39,088 nt of DNA, from NCBI GenBank assembly GCA_022562075.1, contig JADFPZ010000002.1, positions 1-39,088 on the forward strand, given 5' to 3'. Source of the stretch: Candidatus Zixiibacteriota bacterium (GTDB taxonomy: Bacteria; Zixibacteria; MSB-5A5; GN15; FEB-12). A program made the translations under genes and the position numbers. The notes under the pieces were generated by a model. The model had not been told where the DNA came from and ran no database searches. It saw only the letters and a program-made list of their open reading frames with translations. Positions 7,344 to 15,530 of the stretch are shown in pieces; position 1 is the stretch's first letter, and each line of letters begins with the position of its first letter.

Positions 7344-8603
7344 ATGAAGAAATTCAGTTTCAATAATCAAGCCGGTTTTTCTCTTATTGAGTTAACTATT
7401 GCGCTGATAATCATCTCAATTCTGATAGGCGTGGCCTTGCAGCAGATGACCTCGGTCATGGACGACAGCCGCCAGATCAAAACAGAGCGCGAAATGGAAA
7501 TACTGGCAAATTCCATTGTAGGAAACCCCGACCTGACCGGTAACAGCGGCAGAACAGATTTTGGCTATGTCGGAGATGTCGGCAGTTTCCCGCCCAATAT
7601 CAGCGCACTATACACCAACCCCGGCGGCTATGCCAGCTGGGACGGACCGTATATACCTGTTGGTTTTGTGCAGGATTCAACGGGTTTAAAAACGGATGAA
7701 TGGGGAGCAGCCTATAATTATTCCGGCGGAGTTACAATATTATCTACCGGAAGCGGCACGACAATAACCAAACAGATAGCCAGAGCATCTTCAGATTACC
7801 TGCTTAATACTGTCTACGGAGATATCAAAGACAACTCCAACTTTCCACCCGGCAGCACCTATCAGGATTCTGTCGATATAGTAATAACAATTCCCAACGG
7901 AGCCGGCGGCTCGCAGACAAAACTTTACCATCCCGACTCGGTTGGTAATTTCACTCTCGATTCTCTGCCGGTGGGAAGGCACCCTTTGAGAATTATCTAC
8001 ACCCCGAATGTTGATACAATTTTTAGATACCTGACAGTCTATCCCCGCCACAAAGACATCAAATCATTTAGATTCTTTGGCAGCTACTTCTCTGGCGGCG
8101 GCGGTGGAGGCGGTGGTGGTGGCTGCGACTCCAGCGGCGTATTAATTTTGCGTCCGAACGGCAGCGGCTCAATTACAAGTTTGAGCACGGCCGGCTGCGG
8201 CAGTAACTGGCAGTGCGTAAGTGAAGTGACCTCAGATGAAGACGCTACCCGCCTGGAGAGAGCATCCAACTCTTATGCAACTGATGTTTACGCCATGGAA
8301 GATATTCCTTTCACCGACTGCGATATTTTACGGGTAACTGTTTCTTACAGGGCACGTAAAGAAAAAAATACAGGAGCGGCTATACCGGTTATCTATGTTG
8401 CAGGCGTGGAGTACCAGGGCACTGAATCTTCGCTTACAAATTCATATAGTAACTACAGCTACCAGTGGAATTCCAATCCCAACAGCGGCAGCGCCTGGAC
8501 CTGGTCGGACATTATAAATCTCGAAGCCGGTCTGGCTATTAAAGGTCAAAACGCAAGTTTCCCGGCTTACGTTACCCAAGTATGGCTGGAGATAGAGTAT
8601 TGA
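7344..8603 (+). CDS. large pseudopilin-like protein, paralog 2 of 4 (same architecture as paralog 1, with a Gly10 linker)
   Basis: 419 aa. The signal is QAG|FSLIELTIALIIISILIGV. It shares the block TDFGYVGDVGSFPPNISALYTNPGGYASWDGPYI ... DEWGAAYNYSGG ... STGSG. Its C-terminal module shares GCGSNWQCV and SAWTWSD with paralog 1. Confidence 0.87.
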   Translation: MKKFSFNNQAGFSLIELTIALIIISILIGVALQQMTSVMDDSRQIKTEREMEILANSIVGNPDLTGNSGRTDFGYVGDVGSFPPNISALYTNPGGYASWDGPYIPVGFVQDSTGLKTDEWGAAYNYSGGVTILSTGSGTTITKQIARASSDYLLNTVYGDIKDNSNFPPGSTYQDSVDIVITIPNGAGGSQTKLYHPDSVGNFTLDSLPVGRHPLRIIYTPNVDTIFRYLTVYPRHKDIKSFRFFGSYFSGGGGGGGGGGCDSSGVLILRPNGSGSITSLSTAGCGSNWQCVSEVTSDEDATRLERASNSYATDVYAMEDIPFTDCDILRVTVSYRARKEKNTGAAIPVIYVAGVEYQGTESSLTNSYSNYSYQWNSNPNSGSAWTWSDIINLEAGLAIKGQNASFPAYVTQVWLEIEY

Positions 8604-9361
8604 TGAGAAATAAAATGAATACAAGAGGCTTTACTCTCATCGAAATTGTTATCGTGCTGGTTATCTCAGCGATTTTGGCAACTATAGCTATGCGCTCTGC
8701 CTTTTTCATTTCGGAAACTGCCAAAGAAGAAGAGACCAAGCAGGAACTGGAAATGCTGCAGTTTGCCATTGTCGGCAATCCGCTTTTGTTTAACGACAAC
8801 ACCAGATCCGATTTCGGTTATGTCGGCGATGTTGGCTCTATGCCGCCCAATCTTGATGCTCTCTTTTCCAATCCGGGAGGCTACGCCACCTGGAACGGTC
8901 CCTATATCAAGAGACGCTTTGAGCAGGACCCTGATGACTATAAGAAAGATGCCTGGGGCGTTGTCTACACTTACGGCGGCAATAGCGTTACTTCAAGCGG
9001 TTCGGGTTCAAACATAGTCAGGGAGTTCGGAACCAGCTTAAACGATTTTCTAATTAACGGAGTTGATGGAGTTCTGCTTGATAAAGATGGCACTCCCCCG
9101 GGAACAGTATATCGCGACTCAATAACAGTCCGTCTGACTTTCCCCAACGGCAGCGGCGGCTACTCTTCGCTGCTGACACAGCCTGATATCGGCGGATTTT
9201 TCTCTTTTGAATCTGTTCCGATAGGCAACCACGATATTGAAATCGTCTACGGACCAACCAATGACACCTTAAAAAGATTCGTGTCGATAGTCCCCAGATC
9301 GAGGCACTACGGCGAATATTTTCTATCTCAAAATGTCTGGTATGACACAACCGGAAGTTAA
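8603..9361 (+). CDS. pseudopilin-like protein, paralog 3 of 4 (GspG-like core + beta-sandwich, no extra C-terminal module)
   Basis: The signal is TRG|FTLIEIVIVLVISAIL, with the block SDFGYVGDVGSMPPNLDALFSNPGGYATWNGPYI ... DAWGVVYTYGG ... SSGSG. I prefer the ATG at 8603, which forms a TGATG overlap with the paralog 2 stop. The track ORF starts at 8582. Confidence 0.85.
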   Translation: MRNKMNTRGFTLIEIVIVLVISAILATIAMRSAFFISETAKEEETKQELEMLQFAIVGNPLLFNDNTRSDFGYVGDVGSMPPNLDALFSNPGGYATWNGPYIKRRFEQDPDDYKKDAWGVVYTYGGNSVTSSGSGSNIVREFGTSLNDFLINGVDGVLLDKDGTPPGTVYRDSITVRLTFPNGSGGYSSLLTQPDIGGFFSFESVPIGNHDIEIVYGPTNDTLKRFVSIVPRSRHYGEYFLSQNVWYDTTGS

Positions 9362-9370
9362 AGAAACAAA

Positions 9371-10099
9371 ATGATGCAAAAACTAAATTCAAGCTCCGGT
9401 TTTACTCTGATAGAGCTGGTCATAATTATCATCATCATTGCTATAATCACCGCAGTTGCTATGGTCAACATGACCTCATCTTTTGACACCGCCAGACATG
9501 AGCATACCAAAGCCGAGCTTGATGCCCTGGCCTTTGCTATAGTCGGCAATCCGGCGCTGTACACAAACGGCGCTCGTTCTGATTTTGGCTATGTCGGTGA
9601 TATTGGCAGCTTGCCGCCGGACTTAAGCGCCCTGGTCGCAAACCCGGGCGGTTTTGCCACCTGGGATGGTCCGTATATAGAAAGCGGAGCCGGTTACAAT
9701 CAGGATGGCTGGGGAATTAACTACTTGTACAGCGGAACATTGATTCGCTCGAGCGGCTCCGGCGGTAATATCGACAAAATGGTGGCAGCCAGTTCATTGT
9801 CACTGCTTGCAAATACTGTGACGGGCTACATCGTTGATGCCAGTTTAACTATGCCGGGCGCCGCATATAAAGATTCGCTGGCGCTTCGCCTGACATTCCC
9901 TGACGGAACCGGCGCCATGGCGACTGCTGTTACTATGGTTGACGCCAAGGGAAATTTTTCGTTTTCAGGAATCCCGATTGGAAATCATCGGCTGACCGCT
10001 GTATATCTACCGGATAATGATTCGACCACAATTTCTGTTTCAATTACGCCGGCTTCTGTTACAAAAATTGACATTGTCTTTCCCCATGACCTCTGGTAA
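9371..10099 (+). CDS. pseudopilin-like protein, paralog 4 of 4 (GspG-like core + beta-sandwich)
   Basis: 242 aa. The signal is SSG|FTLIELVIIIIIIAIITAV, with the block SDFGYVGDIGSLPPDLSALVANPGGFATWDGPYI ... DGWGINYLYSG ... SSGSGG. Confidence 0.87.
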   Translation: MMQKLNSSSGFTLIELVIIIIIIAIITAVAMVNMTSSFDTARHEHTKAELDALAFAIVGNPALYTNGARSDFGYVGDIGSLPPDLSALVANPGGFATWDGPYIESGAGYNQDGWGINYLYSGTLIRSSGSGGNIDKMVAASSLSLLANTVTGYIVDASLTMPGAAYKDSLALRLTFPDGTGAMATAVTMVDAKGNFSFSGIPIGNHRLTAVYLPDNDSTTISVSITPASVTKIDIVFPHDLW

Positions 10100-10127
10100 A
10101 ACTTTTTAGATTCTCTAAGTGAGAATA

Positions 10128-11267
10128 CTATTCTTCTATCGTAAGATTAAGCCCACGTTTTCTTAATTCTTTTATGAACACTTTTGAATCAACCACTAAC
10201 TCCTGCGGCTGGCAGCCACGTTTGTTGATTTTGCCGGAGGCCGCCATCCAGGCCACAATCGCCGCAGAAAACGAGGTTGAGCGCATCATGGCTGTCAGGC
10301 CGGTCTGTTCGTCCTGTCTGTCTATTAACTCATAGACGACTTTGTGATTACCAGCATTTCTTGTCCCTTCGGCAGTAAGCCGTACTAAGACCAAGTCCGG
10401 TTCACCAAAAGAAAGGTTCTTATCCAGCACCGTCTTAAAAAGCTCTCTGGGAATAATATTTTGGCCGTTAACATCGACTTCTTCTCTCGAAGCCAGCCCG
10501 ATTTCCAGCATTGTCTTAAAAACCATGCAATGACCGGGATAGCGAATCGTTTTGTAATCTAAGAAATCAATCTTGTTCAAATATGTATCCGGCAGAGTTG
10601 AAGTACCGCCCGAAGTATAAAAAGCTTCGAGTTTCCCGACCGACTCAAACTCAAGCTGTTCGATTCCGCTCATCGGCTCGACTATCTTTTTCTGGCCGTT
10701 TTCTAAAATAAGGCAGGGCTCCCAGTATTCGTTGATGAGACCCTCAGCTGAAAAAACCATCTGATAGTTTAATGGCGGCCTCGGATTTTGCGGAAGTCCG
10801 CCTACTCTGATTTTGACAGATTTTATCTGGTCAAATTTTGAAACGGCATCGGCGCACAAAACCGCCACCATGCCCGGCGCCAGGCCGCAGTCGGGAATAA
10901 TTATTACATCATTTTTTTCAGCTTCGTTATTCATGGCCAGCTGCTCGGCCACCGTATCATTGTTACCGCCCAAATCAACTAAGTGACATTTGGCGCTGAT
11001 GGCGGCCATTGTCAGACCTGGATTAAATTTGTAAGTCACACACGAGAGAGCAGCATCGTAATCTTTTAAGACTGAAGTTACCAGAGCGACATCACCGGCA
11101 TCGAGAGCAGCCGCTATTGCGATGTTATTGCCATATTTTTTAGCGACTTCGACCGCCAGCCTGGCATCTATATCAAAAACGCCGACAGCAGTGACACCTT
11201 CGGCACGGCACAAATCATAAACGGCCGCTTGTCCCATAAGTCCTGCCCCAATTACTGCAATTTTCAT
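10128..11267 (-). CDS. saccharopine dehydrogenase-like NAD(P)-dependent oxidoreductase
   Basis: 379 aa. It has an N-terminal Rossmann motif (MKIAVIGAGLMGQAAVYDL) and the length and pattern of the Sacchrp_dh family. The substrate is not assignable. Confidence 0.7.
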   Translation of the reverse strand: MKIAVIGAGLMGQAAVYDLCRAEGVTAVGVFDIDARLAVEVAKKYGNNIAIAAALDAGDVALVTSVLKDYDAALSCVTYKFNPGLTMAAISAKCHLVDLGGNNDTVAEQLAMNNEAEKNDVIIIPDCGLAPGMVAVLCADAVSKFDQIKSVKIRVGGLPQNPRPPLNYQMVFSAEGLINEYWEPCLILENGQKKIVEPMSGIEQLEFESVGKLEAFYTSGGTSTLPDTYLNKIDFLDYKTIRYPGHCMVFKTMLEIGLASREEVDVNGQNIIPRELFKTVLDKNLSFGEPDLVLVRLTAEGTRNAGNHKVVYELIDRQDEQTGLTAMMRSTSFSAAIVAWMAASGKINKRGCQPQELVVDSKVFIKELRKRGLNLTIEE

Positions 11268-11288
11268 TTTTCCCTTTTACTTCTGAAA

Positions 11289-13460
11289 TCAGATTAACTG
11301 AAATATTTTTCTCAAAAGCCATTCCAGAGAAAGCGCACTCAAAAACAATAGCAACAGCCAGAGTTTTCCCCACAATGTTATTTCGCCGGTTTCGGAGACT
11401 GCCACCGGCCGCAAATCCAGAGCCGAGATTGCTTCATCAAATTTGTCGAACCTATAGTACTTGCCGCCTGTCCTGGCGGCCATGGCTGTCATCTCGGTTA
11501 TGTTGCCGCTTAAATCAAACTCTTCGAGCGTGAAAGATTCAACCAGAATCTCTCCCGTTTCTTCTTGTATGATACGGCCGTCCTTTTCAAATCTGCCCGT
11601 CCAGCTGTAATTGCCGGATGACAGATTAAAAATCTCTGCTCTAAACTCACCTTCTTTATATGGAATCAGGTCTGAGAGAACCGTTTCTTGTCCCTGCTGC
11701 CCGCTCAGCTCAATATTACCCGAGACACCCGGCAGTGGTCTGAAACCAAGGTCAAAAGCAAATCCTTCGAACCTGACAGCCTCGCCTCTGCTGAAAACTT
11801 TTCTGACCGGACTAATTCGCAGCGGCTCCAGGTCTTCTTTGACGGTTAACCAGCTGGCAGTACCCTCGACAAATTTTTCAAAAAACTTTTCGCCCGATTC
11901 AAAACTGTAGCTGTCAAATTCCCAGGACCAGTACGGCAGGGCAGCGCTGACAAAAACACGTCCCGGCCCGTGACGCTTATAGCCCGTTACCGGCAGGCGC
12001 TTTGATGGTTGATTTGGATCGGCCGTTTCTGCCAGAATTATGCCGTCCGGGTCTAGTTCATCCATGACGACCAGAGATTTAAATGGTGGAATCTCAGACC
12101 AGGCCAGTCTTATCGAGGTCTGGTCATCGGCCAGTCGATTGGCCGGGTGCAGCAAACTGCCCTCGACAGGCTCGGCGTGAAACTCCCGGTATTGCAGATT
12201 TGATTTTGAACTCTGATAAAAGGGCATCAGCTGGTTAAACCAGTTGACAGGACCGCGCGCTGCAAACTGCTCACCTAATAAAAGCCAGAGCGAACCGCCG
12301 CGGTCGCTAAGATACGAAACAATAGCCTGCTGCGATTGCTGTAAACTGCGAGGGTCGGGGTCGTGTAGAATAATAAGGTCATACCGGTTTATTTCTGTCT
12401 GCTTAGTGGGGAAGTTCTGTTTTTGGCCGGGCGCTCTTTTGCCTGTTTGAAGCAGCTTTATTTCGTAGCGGTCTGAACTCTCAAAAAATCTTTTTATAAA
12501 GCCGACTTCGTAATCCGGTCTGGATGACACCAAAAGAACTGACATCTTACTTTTTAATACTTTGACCGCAAACGAACGGGAATTGTTCTGGCTGTTTCTC
12601 TCACCTTTAAGCTGGGGGATACTGACTTTAAGAATTTTATGACCGGGACTTACCGGAATATATTTGAGGCTAATCTCTGCCAGACCGCTTTCCTGAGATG
12701 CTTTGAAACTTGCCTCTTTTAAGACTTTGCTGGAATCAGACAGCCGTACAATTACTTTCTCAGGCAGTTCCCCCTGCCAGCTCATACTGACCTTTACCGA
12801 AGTGATTTGCCCGACAAACAGAACCGGATTAAATTCGATTTTTGTTATGGCAATGTCCGACTCGCTGCCGCCGGCTGCCATATCAATCGTAAACAAAGGG
12901 CCGGACAGATTCTCTGCCGCCGCCGTAGGTTCCCTTCCAAAATTCGAGCTGCCGTCTGTTAAGATAAAGCGATAGTCGACAGCTTCGGTCAGCTCCATTC
13001 TCTCTATGTCATAGAGTATATCACCTATGGCTGTCTTATCTCTGGAAATATCAGCAGCGTCGGCAGAGATGATATCAGCAAAATAATATTTTTCTAAAGA
13101 GGCCTCCGTCTGGAGTTTTTCAAATAGAGATAATGACAAAAGTGAGTCAACTCTGGCCCGACGGGTTTTTCCGTTTTCTTCTTTTTCCATACTATCTGAG
13201 CGGTCAATCAGAAAAGAAATACGCCGGGGACGCTCATAGCTGCGGCTGAAACTTATTACCGGCTCCAGCAGCGCCAGTATCAGCGTTAAGATAGCCAGAA
13301 GCCGCAGGCTGCCTAAGATAATCTTTAAATAACGGGGCAGCGGCGGATTGGTGCGGTAGTAAGTAAAAACAGCCAGAGCTGTCAAAACCAGCAGCATCAG
13401 CCAGACCGCTATCGGGCTTCCTGTCAGATAATTTATTGATAAGTCATCATAGCCGAACAT
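11289..13460 (-). CDS. large bitopic membrane protein, BatA/vWA-like N-terminus with a GATase1-like middle region (tentative) and a C-terminal TM anchor
   Basis: 723 aa. The N-terminal double-TM segment (PIAVWLMLLVLTALAVF ... LRLLAILTLILALLEP) is followed by ISFLIDRSDSM, a vWA MIDAS-like DxSxS. The middle contains YDLIILHDPDP...GGSLWLLLG. The C-terminal TM is LWLLLLFLSALSLEWLL. Confidence 0.6.
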   Translation of the reverse strand: MFGYDDLSINYLTGSPIAVWLMLLVLTALAVFTYYRTNPPLPRYLKIILGSLRLLAILTLILALLEPVISFSRSYERPRRISFLIDRSDSMEKEENGKTRRARVDSLLSLSLFEKLQTEASLEKYYFADIISADAADISRDKTAIGDILYDIERMELTEAVDYRFILTDGSSNFGREPTAAAENLSGPLFTIDMAAGGSESDIAITKIEFNPVLFVGQITSVKVSMSWQGELPEKVIVRLSDSSKVLKEASFKASQESGLAEISLKYIPVSPGHKILKVSIPQLKGERNSQNNSRSFAVKVLKSKMSVLLVSSRPDYEVGFIKRFFESSDRYEIKLLQTGKRAPGQKQNFPTKQTEINRYDLIILHDPDPRSLQQSQQAIVSYLSDRGGSLWLLLGEQFAARGPVNWFNQLMPFYQSSKSNLQYREFHAEPVEGSLLHPANRLADDQTSIRLAWSEIPPFKSLVVMDELDPDGIILAETADPNQPSKRLPVTGYKRHGPGRVFVSAALPYWSWEFDSYSFESGEKFFEKFVEGTASWLTVKEDLEPLRISPVRKVFSRGEAVRFEGFAFDLGFRPLPGVSGNIELSGQQGQETVLSDLIPYKEGEFRAEIFNLSSGNYSWTGRFEKDGRIIQEETGEILVESFTLEEFDLSGNITEMTAMAARTGGKYYRFDKFDEAISALDLRPVAVSETGEITLWGKLWLLLLFLSALSLEWLLRKIFQLI

Positions 13461-13538
13461 TTATGTTATACCTAAATTGACTCAAAGAAGTTTAATAAGC
13501 GCTGGCCCAAAAACTGTTTACTTTTGACAATTGAAAAA

Positions 13539-14525
13539 TTATGAAGCTCTCTTTATGGCAAAGCGAACCATATCGTTGAGGCTCTCCTGATATACCGAGG
13601 TGTTCATTCCGGAAATAACATCGAGCCCCTGCTGGCTCAACTCCGCCGCCCTGTTATAAGCGTAATCAATCCCTCCTGATTCAATAACAAACTTGTAAAC
13701 TTTATCAAAAGCAGCCTCTTTTCCCGCGGAGTCATCGAGATATTTAATTATCTCCCGACGGCTGCTGTCGTTTGATTTCTTAAACGAATATATAAGCGGC
13801 AGAGTAACCTTGCCGGTCATGACATCGTTACCCGGCTCTTTGCCGGTGATATCAGGCTCACCTACAAAATCAAGCAGGTCGTCAGCAATCTGAAAAGCAA
13901 TGCCAATTTTTTCTCCGAACTCGGCCAGCTGGCGACGTTCTTTTTCAGTTCTCTTATTTAGAATCGGACCTGTCTCACAAGAAACGCTGAAAAGCGAAGC
14001 TGTCTTATCGGCAATGATACTGACATATTCATCTTCGGAAATATCATAATTGCCGGTTTCTTCTATCTGGCGAAGTTCCCCGATTGAAACTCTTTCGGTC
14101 GCTTTGGAAATCGCCCGCATGAGCTGTACTGACTCCGACTCAACCATTATTCGAAAGGCCTTGGCAAAAAGATAATCCCCCATCAGAACCGATATGAGAT
14201 TTGTCCATTGCTTGTTTATTGACGATTGACCTCTGCGGAGATCCGATTCATCAACCACATCATCGTGCAGCAAGGTGGCAGTGTGAATCAGTTCGATTGC
14301 CAGCGATGCTTCGACTGCAAACTCAGAATAATTGTCAGAAGCTCTGGAAGTTAAAAAGAGAAAAGCCGGCCGTATTCTTTTGCCGCGAGAGCGAAGCAGG
14401 TGCCGGGCGATTGAGGAAATCAAAGGAGAGTCGCCTCTGAGATAGTCGCTAAGTCTCCTGTCAAAGCGCTCTAAGTCGGCGCTGACCGGCTTGGTGTATT
14501 CGAGCATTTTGTTGATATCAAGCAT
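13539..14525 (-). CDS. ispB: long-chain polyprenyl diphosphate synthase (IspB-like)
   Basis: 328 aa. The first DDxxD is in ELIHTATLLHDDVVDES, with a small residue (Ala) at position -5, as in long-chain enzymes. The second is in FQIADDLLD. Confidence 0.85.
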   Translation of the reverse strand: MLDINKMLEYTKPVSADLERFDRRLSDYLRGDSPLISSIARHLLRSRGKRIRPAFLFLTSRASDNYSEFAVEASLAIELIHTATLLHDDVVDESDLRRGQSSINKQWTNLISVLMGDYLFAKAFRIMVESESVQLMRAISKATERVSIGELRQIEETGNYDISEDEYVSIIADKTASLFSVSCETGPILNKRTEKERRQLAEFGEKIGIAFQIADDLLDFVGEPDITGKEPGNDVMTGKVTLPLIYSFKKSNDSSRREIIKYLDDSAGKEAAFDKVYKFVIESGGIDYAYNRAAELSQQGLDVISGMNTSVYQESLNDMVRFAIKRAS

Positions 14526-14623
14526 CTTAGCTCTTTTGTCCTATCGCCTTTATATGATACAAGTTAAGTGCAAATTATAACGGCGCCGCCAGTGATTGTC
14601 AAACGAATAGCATGGGCCAAATT

Positions 14624-15466
14624 CTAGTTTCTGCTTTCACTTTCCTGCCTCAGCAGGTTATCAATCGCTTTAATGTAACCCGGATCATCAAGATAATTTC
14701 GTTCGTTATGACGGCCGGAAATCTCGTAAAACAATTTTGGTTCCGGCGCCGCCTCAAATAGTCTCTTGCCCCTCTCAAACGGCACCAGATCGTCAGCCGG
14801 CGAATGTGTGAAAAGCTTAGGACAATTAACTTTTGAAATCTTGCTGATAGCATCGTAACTGTATTTTATTAGAAGTCCGGCCGGGAAAAACGGAAAGTAA
14901 CCTTTGGCCATCTCCCTGGCAGAATCAAAGGAAGACTCGACTATCAGGCCGCCGCAATTTTCTTTCGAGGCCAGGTCAACCGCCACCGCCCCGCCTAACG
15001 ACCGCCCAAAAATAATAATGTCGTCTGGTATGGCGCTTTTTTCAGAAATCAACCAGTCATAGGCTGCTTTCACATCATCATAGGTATTGGTTTCTGTCGG
15101 CCTGCCGGACGAGCGTCCATAGCCGCGGTAGTCAAACATCATGACGTTGACGCCTCTTTGCAGCAGAAAAATGACAGTCTCCAACCTGTGGGAAATATTG
15201 CCGCCGTTACCATGGCAGAACAATACTGTCCTGGCAGCATTTTGGTTTTGGGATTGAGAAAAATACCAGCCGTGAATAGTTTCATCTTGACCAACATTAA
15301 TAAAGACATCCTGGAATTTTAGATCATAGTCATCCGGGTTGACAGCAAAATCTTTAGTCGGAAAATAAAACATCCTGTCCTGCGCCATATAAATATAGAC
15401 ACAAACAGCGGAGTAAACGGCAAGAATTGTAGCAAGGGCTATCCAGAACATACGAAACAGTTTCAT
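14624..15466 (-). CDS. membrane-anchored alpha/beta hydrolase
   Basis: 280 aa with an N-terminal TM helix, an HG oxyanion motif (FCHGNGGN) and a nucleophile elbow GRSLGG. Confidence 0.85.
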   Translation of the reverse strand: MKLFRMFWIALATILAVYSAVCVYIYMAQDRMFYFPTKDFAVNPDDYDLKFQDVFINVGQDETIHGWYFSQSQNQNAARTVLFCHGNGGNISHRLETVIFLLQRGVNVMMFDYRGYGRSSGRPTETNTYDDVKAAYDWLISEKSAIPDDIIIFGRSLGGAVAVDLASKENCGGLIVESSFDSAREMAKGYFPFFPAGLLIKYSYDAISKISKVNCPKLFTHSPADDLVPFERGKRLFEAAPEPKLFYEISGRHNERNYLDDPGYIKAIDNLLRQESESRN

Positions 15467-15530
15467 TTTTGATTATCTATTGGGATCGCTTCCTGTCTAA
15501 GCAGGAACGACGACAATATCAGGCGACTGA

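Noticed and set aside
15490-15507. TTCCTG/CAGGAA hairpin between guaA and the hydrolase gene as a terminator.
   Set aside because: The stem is only 6 bp and is not followed by a T run on the minus strand. That is too weak to call.
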